Virus record (IMG/VR): IMGVR_UViG_3300032303_001800
Location: 14,431 to 78,430 of that record
DNA length: 64,000 nt
Reading direction: 5' to 3' (one strand)
Source: a virus
Taxonomy: Duplodnaviria; Caudoviricetes
The notes beneath the pieces were generated by a model. That model was not told the DNA's origin. It ran no database searches and worked only from the letters and a program-made list of their open reading frames with translations. Shown here piece after piece: positions 62,953 through 64,000 of this stretch; the first letter of the stretch is position 1, and each line of letters begins with the position of its first letter. The translations under genes were made by a program, and so were the position numbers.

Positions 62953-63897
62953 ATGCAACCTTTAGTTTTTTTACACATTCTGGCAAAGGACAAAGAGCCT
63001 GTTTTGCCGTTGTATCTAGAGACCCTTGACAACTGGGACTACCCCAAAGACCGGATTATTATTTACCTCAGAACAAATAATAATTCAGACGCAACGGCAG
63101 ACATACTTGCGGAGTGGGTTGAGGCTAAGGGTGGCGAATACAAATCTTTACTCTTCGACTCAATGGATGTTGCCGAACCCATTACCGACACCGGCTCCCA
63201 CGACTGGACTCAAGACCGCCTTGAGGTAATCAGAAGGCTAAGGGATGAAGGGCTAAGTGTTGCACGCCGTTACAATGCTGACTTCTACTTCACCTCGGAT
63301 GTTGATAACTTTATCGCTCCCGACACCCTTAGTTCCCTCGTTGGCCTAGACCTACCCGTTGTTGCTCCTTTACTGCGATACGCCTACGACCCAAACGAGA
63401 ACGCAAAAAACCAATGGGCAAACCCGTGGTACTCCAACTTTGCTAACAAAGTGAACGACTACGGCGATGTTATGGACCACCCTGACTACTACCCGCTTCT
63501 AGAGCGCTCCTCCCCTGGCATCCACGAAGTCGAACTTGTCCACGCAACTTATTTGATTCGTCGAGATGTTCTTAGTGTTATTTCGTATCAAAATGGAACT
63601 ATGGGCTGGGATTACATTATTTTTGCTAGTAATCTGCGTAGGGCTGGCATTCCGCAACTTCTTGACAATCGAAAAGTTTATGGCTGTATGACCCTCGCTG
63701 AAAACGAACCAGCCTGTCGTTTGATGATGCAAGAACTCGGATTTCTGAAAGAGAAACAAGAAAGTCCGTCGCAAACTTTTACAAAAACCAAGCGTCGCCT
63801 TCGTCTGCGTATGTGGGGATACTTCTCCTTGCTTATGGGTATGGTTATTTGGTCCCTTTTCTGGTGGGGACTATTTATCTGGGCCATTGCGCGCTGA
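62953..63897 (+). CDS. GT-A glycosyltransferase resembling the N-terminal domain of procollagen galactosyltransferases (COLGALT/PLOD type), with a C-terminal TM helix
   Basis: ILAKDKE..LP.YLE.L...DYPK.RI.I..RT.NNSD.T..IL.EW...HDWT.DR......R.EGL..AR..NAD.YF..DVDNF.....L..L....LPVVAPLL...YSNF...VH.TYLI. Confidence 0.8.
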   Translation: MQPLVFLHILAKDKEPVLPLYLETLDNWDYPKDRIIIYLRTNNNSDATADILAEWVEAKGGEYKSLLFDSMDVAEPITDTGSHDWTQDRLEVIRRLRDEGLSVARRYNADFYFTSDVDNFIAPDTLSSLVGLDLPVVAPLLRYAYDPNENAKNQWANPWYSNFANKVNDYGDVMDHPDYYPLLERSSPGIHEVELVHATYLIRRDVLSVISYQNGTMGWDYIIFASNLRRAGIPQLLDNRKVYGCMTLAENEPACRLMMQELGFLKEKQESPSQTFTKTKRRLRLRMWGYFSLLMGMVIWSLFWWGLFIWAIAR

Positions 63898-64000
63898 TAC
63901 ATTTTCTCATCAGAAAAACTTCACGAATACCGCAGCAGGTTGAGTCAGGCGCACCCATGCACGATAGACCGACCGTCTGGGGTTAGAAAATAGTTCTAAA

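Overview
The window is a contiguous part of a tailed dsDNA phage genome with a contractile tail (sheath, tube, LysM initiator, hub, spike, gp25-like and J/I-like wedge genes). It almost certainly infects Actinomycetota: there are two WhiB genes, an Rpf domain, GAAAGG-type RBSs, leaderless starts and CGAAC-N4-GTTCG boxes. Layout: (1) 1-3.7 kb, an array of self-contained minus-strand mini-gene cassettes, each with its own promoter, RBS and usually a terminator, embedded in dense TGCGCGAT motifs, five perfect SOS boxes and a DnaA-box cluster; (2) 4.7-6.5 kb, a leftward operon with Dps, three tRNAs (Asn, Tyr, Ser) and an anticodon-less tRNA-like RNA; (3) 6.7-43.8 kb, rightward packaging, head, tail, baseplate and lysis genes; (4) 43.8-48.7 kb, leftward recombination genes (RecA, a LexA-DBD-only protein, YqaJ, ERF, SSB, HNH, WhiB); (5) 48.8-55.2 kb, replication genes (SNF2/HARP-like helicase, initiator with internal iterons, DnaB-like helicase, HslV-like protein, WhiB); (6) 55.2-64 kb, accessory genes (Rpf, pyrimidine-dimer glycosylase, DNA MTase, COLGALT-like glycosyltransferase). 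The strongest leads are a putative phage SOS-mimic circuit (RecA + LexA-DBD-only protein + SOS boxes at early cassettes), an anticodon-less cUUCGg-capped tRNA mimic, and a second non-coding copy of the iteron/AT-rich origin-like element placed at the divergent promoter of the main rightward operon. No integrase, CRISPR array or reverse transcriptase is visible. All protein family calls come from manual motif recognition, not database searches.
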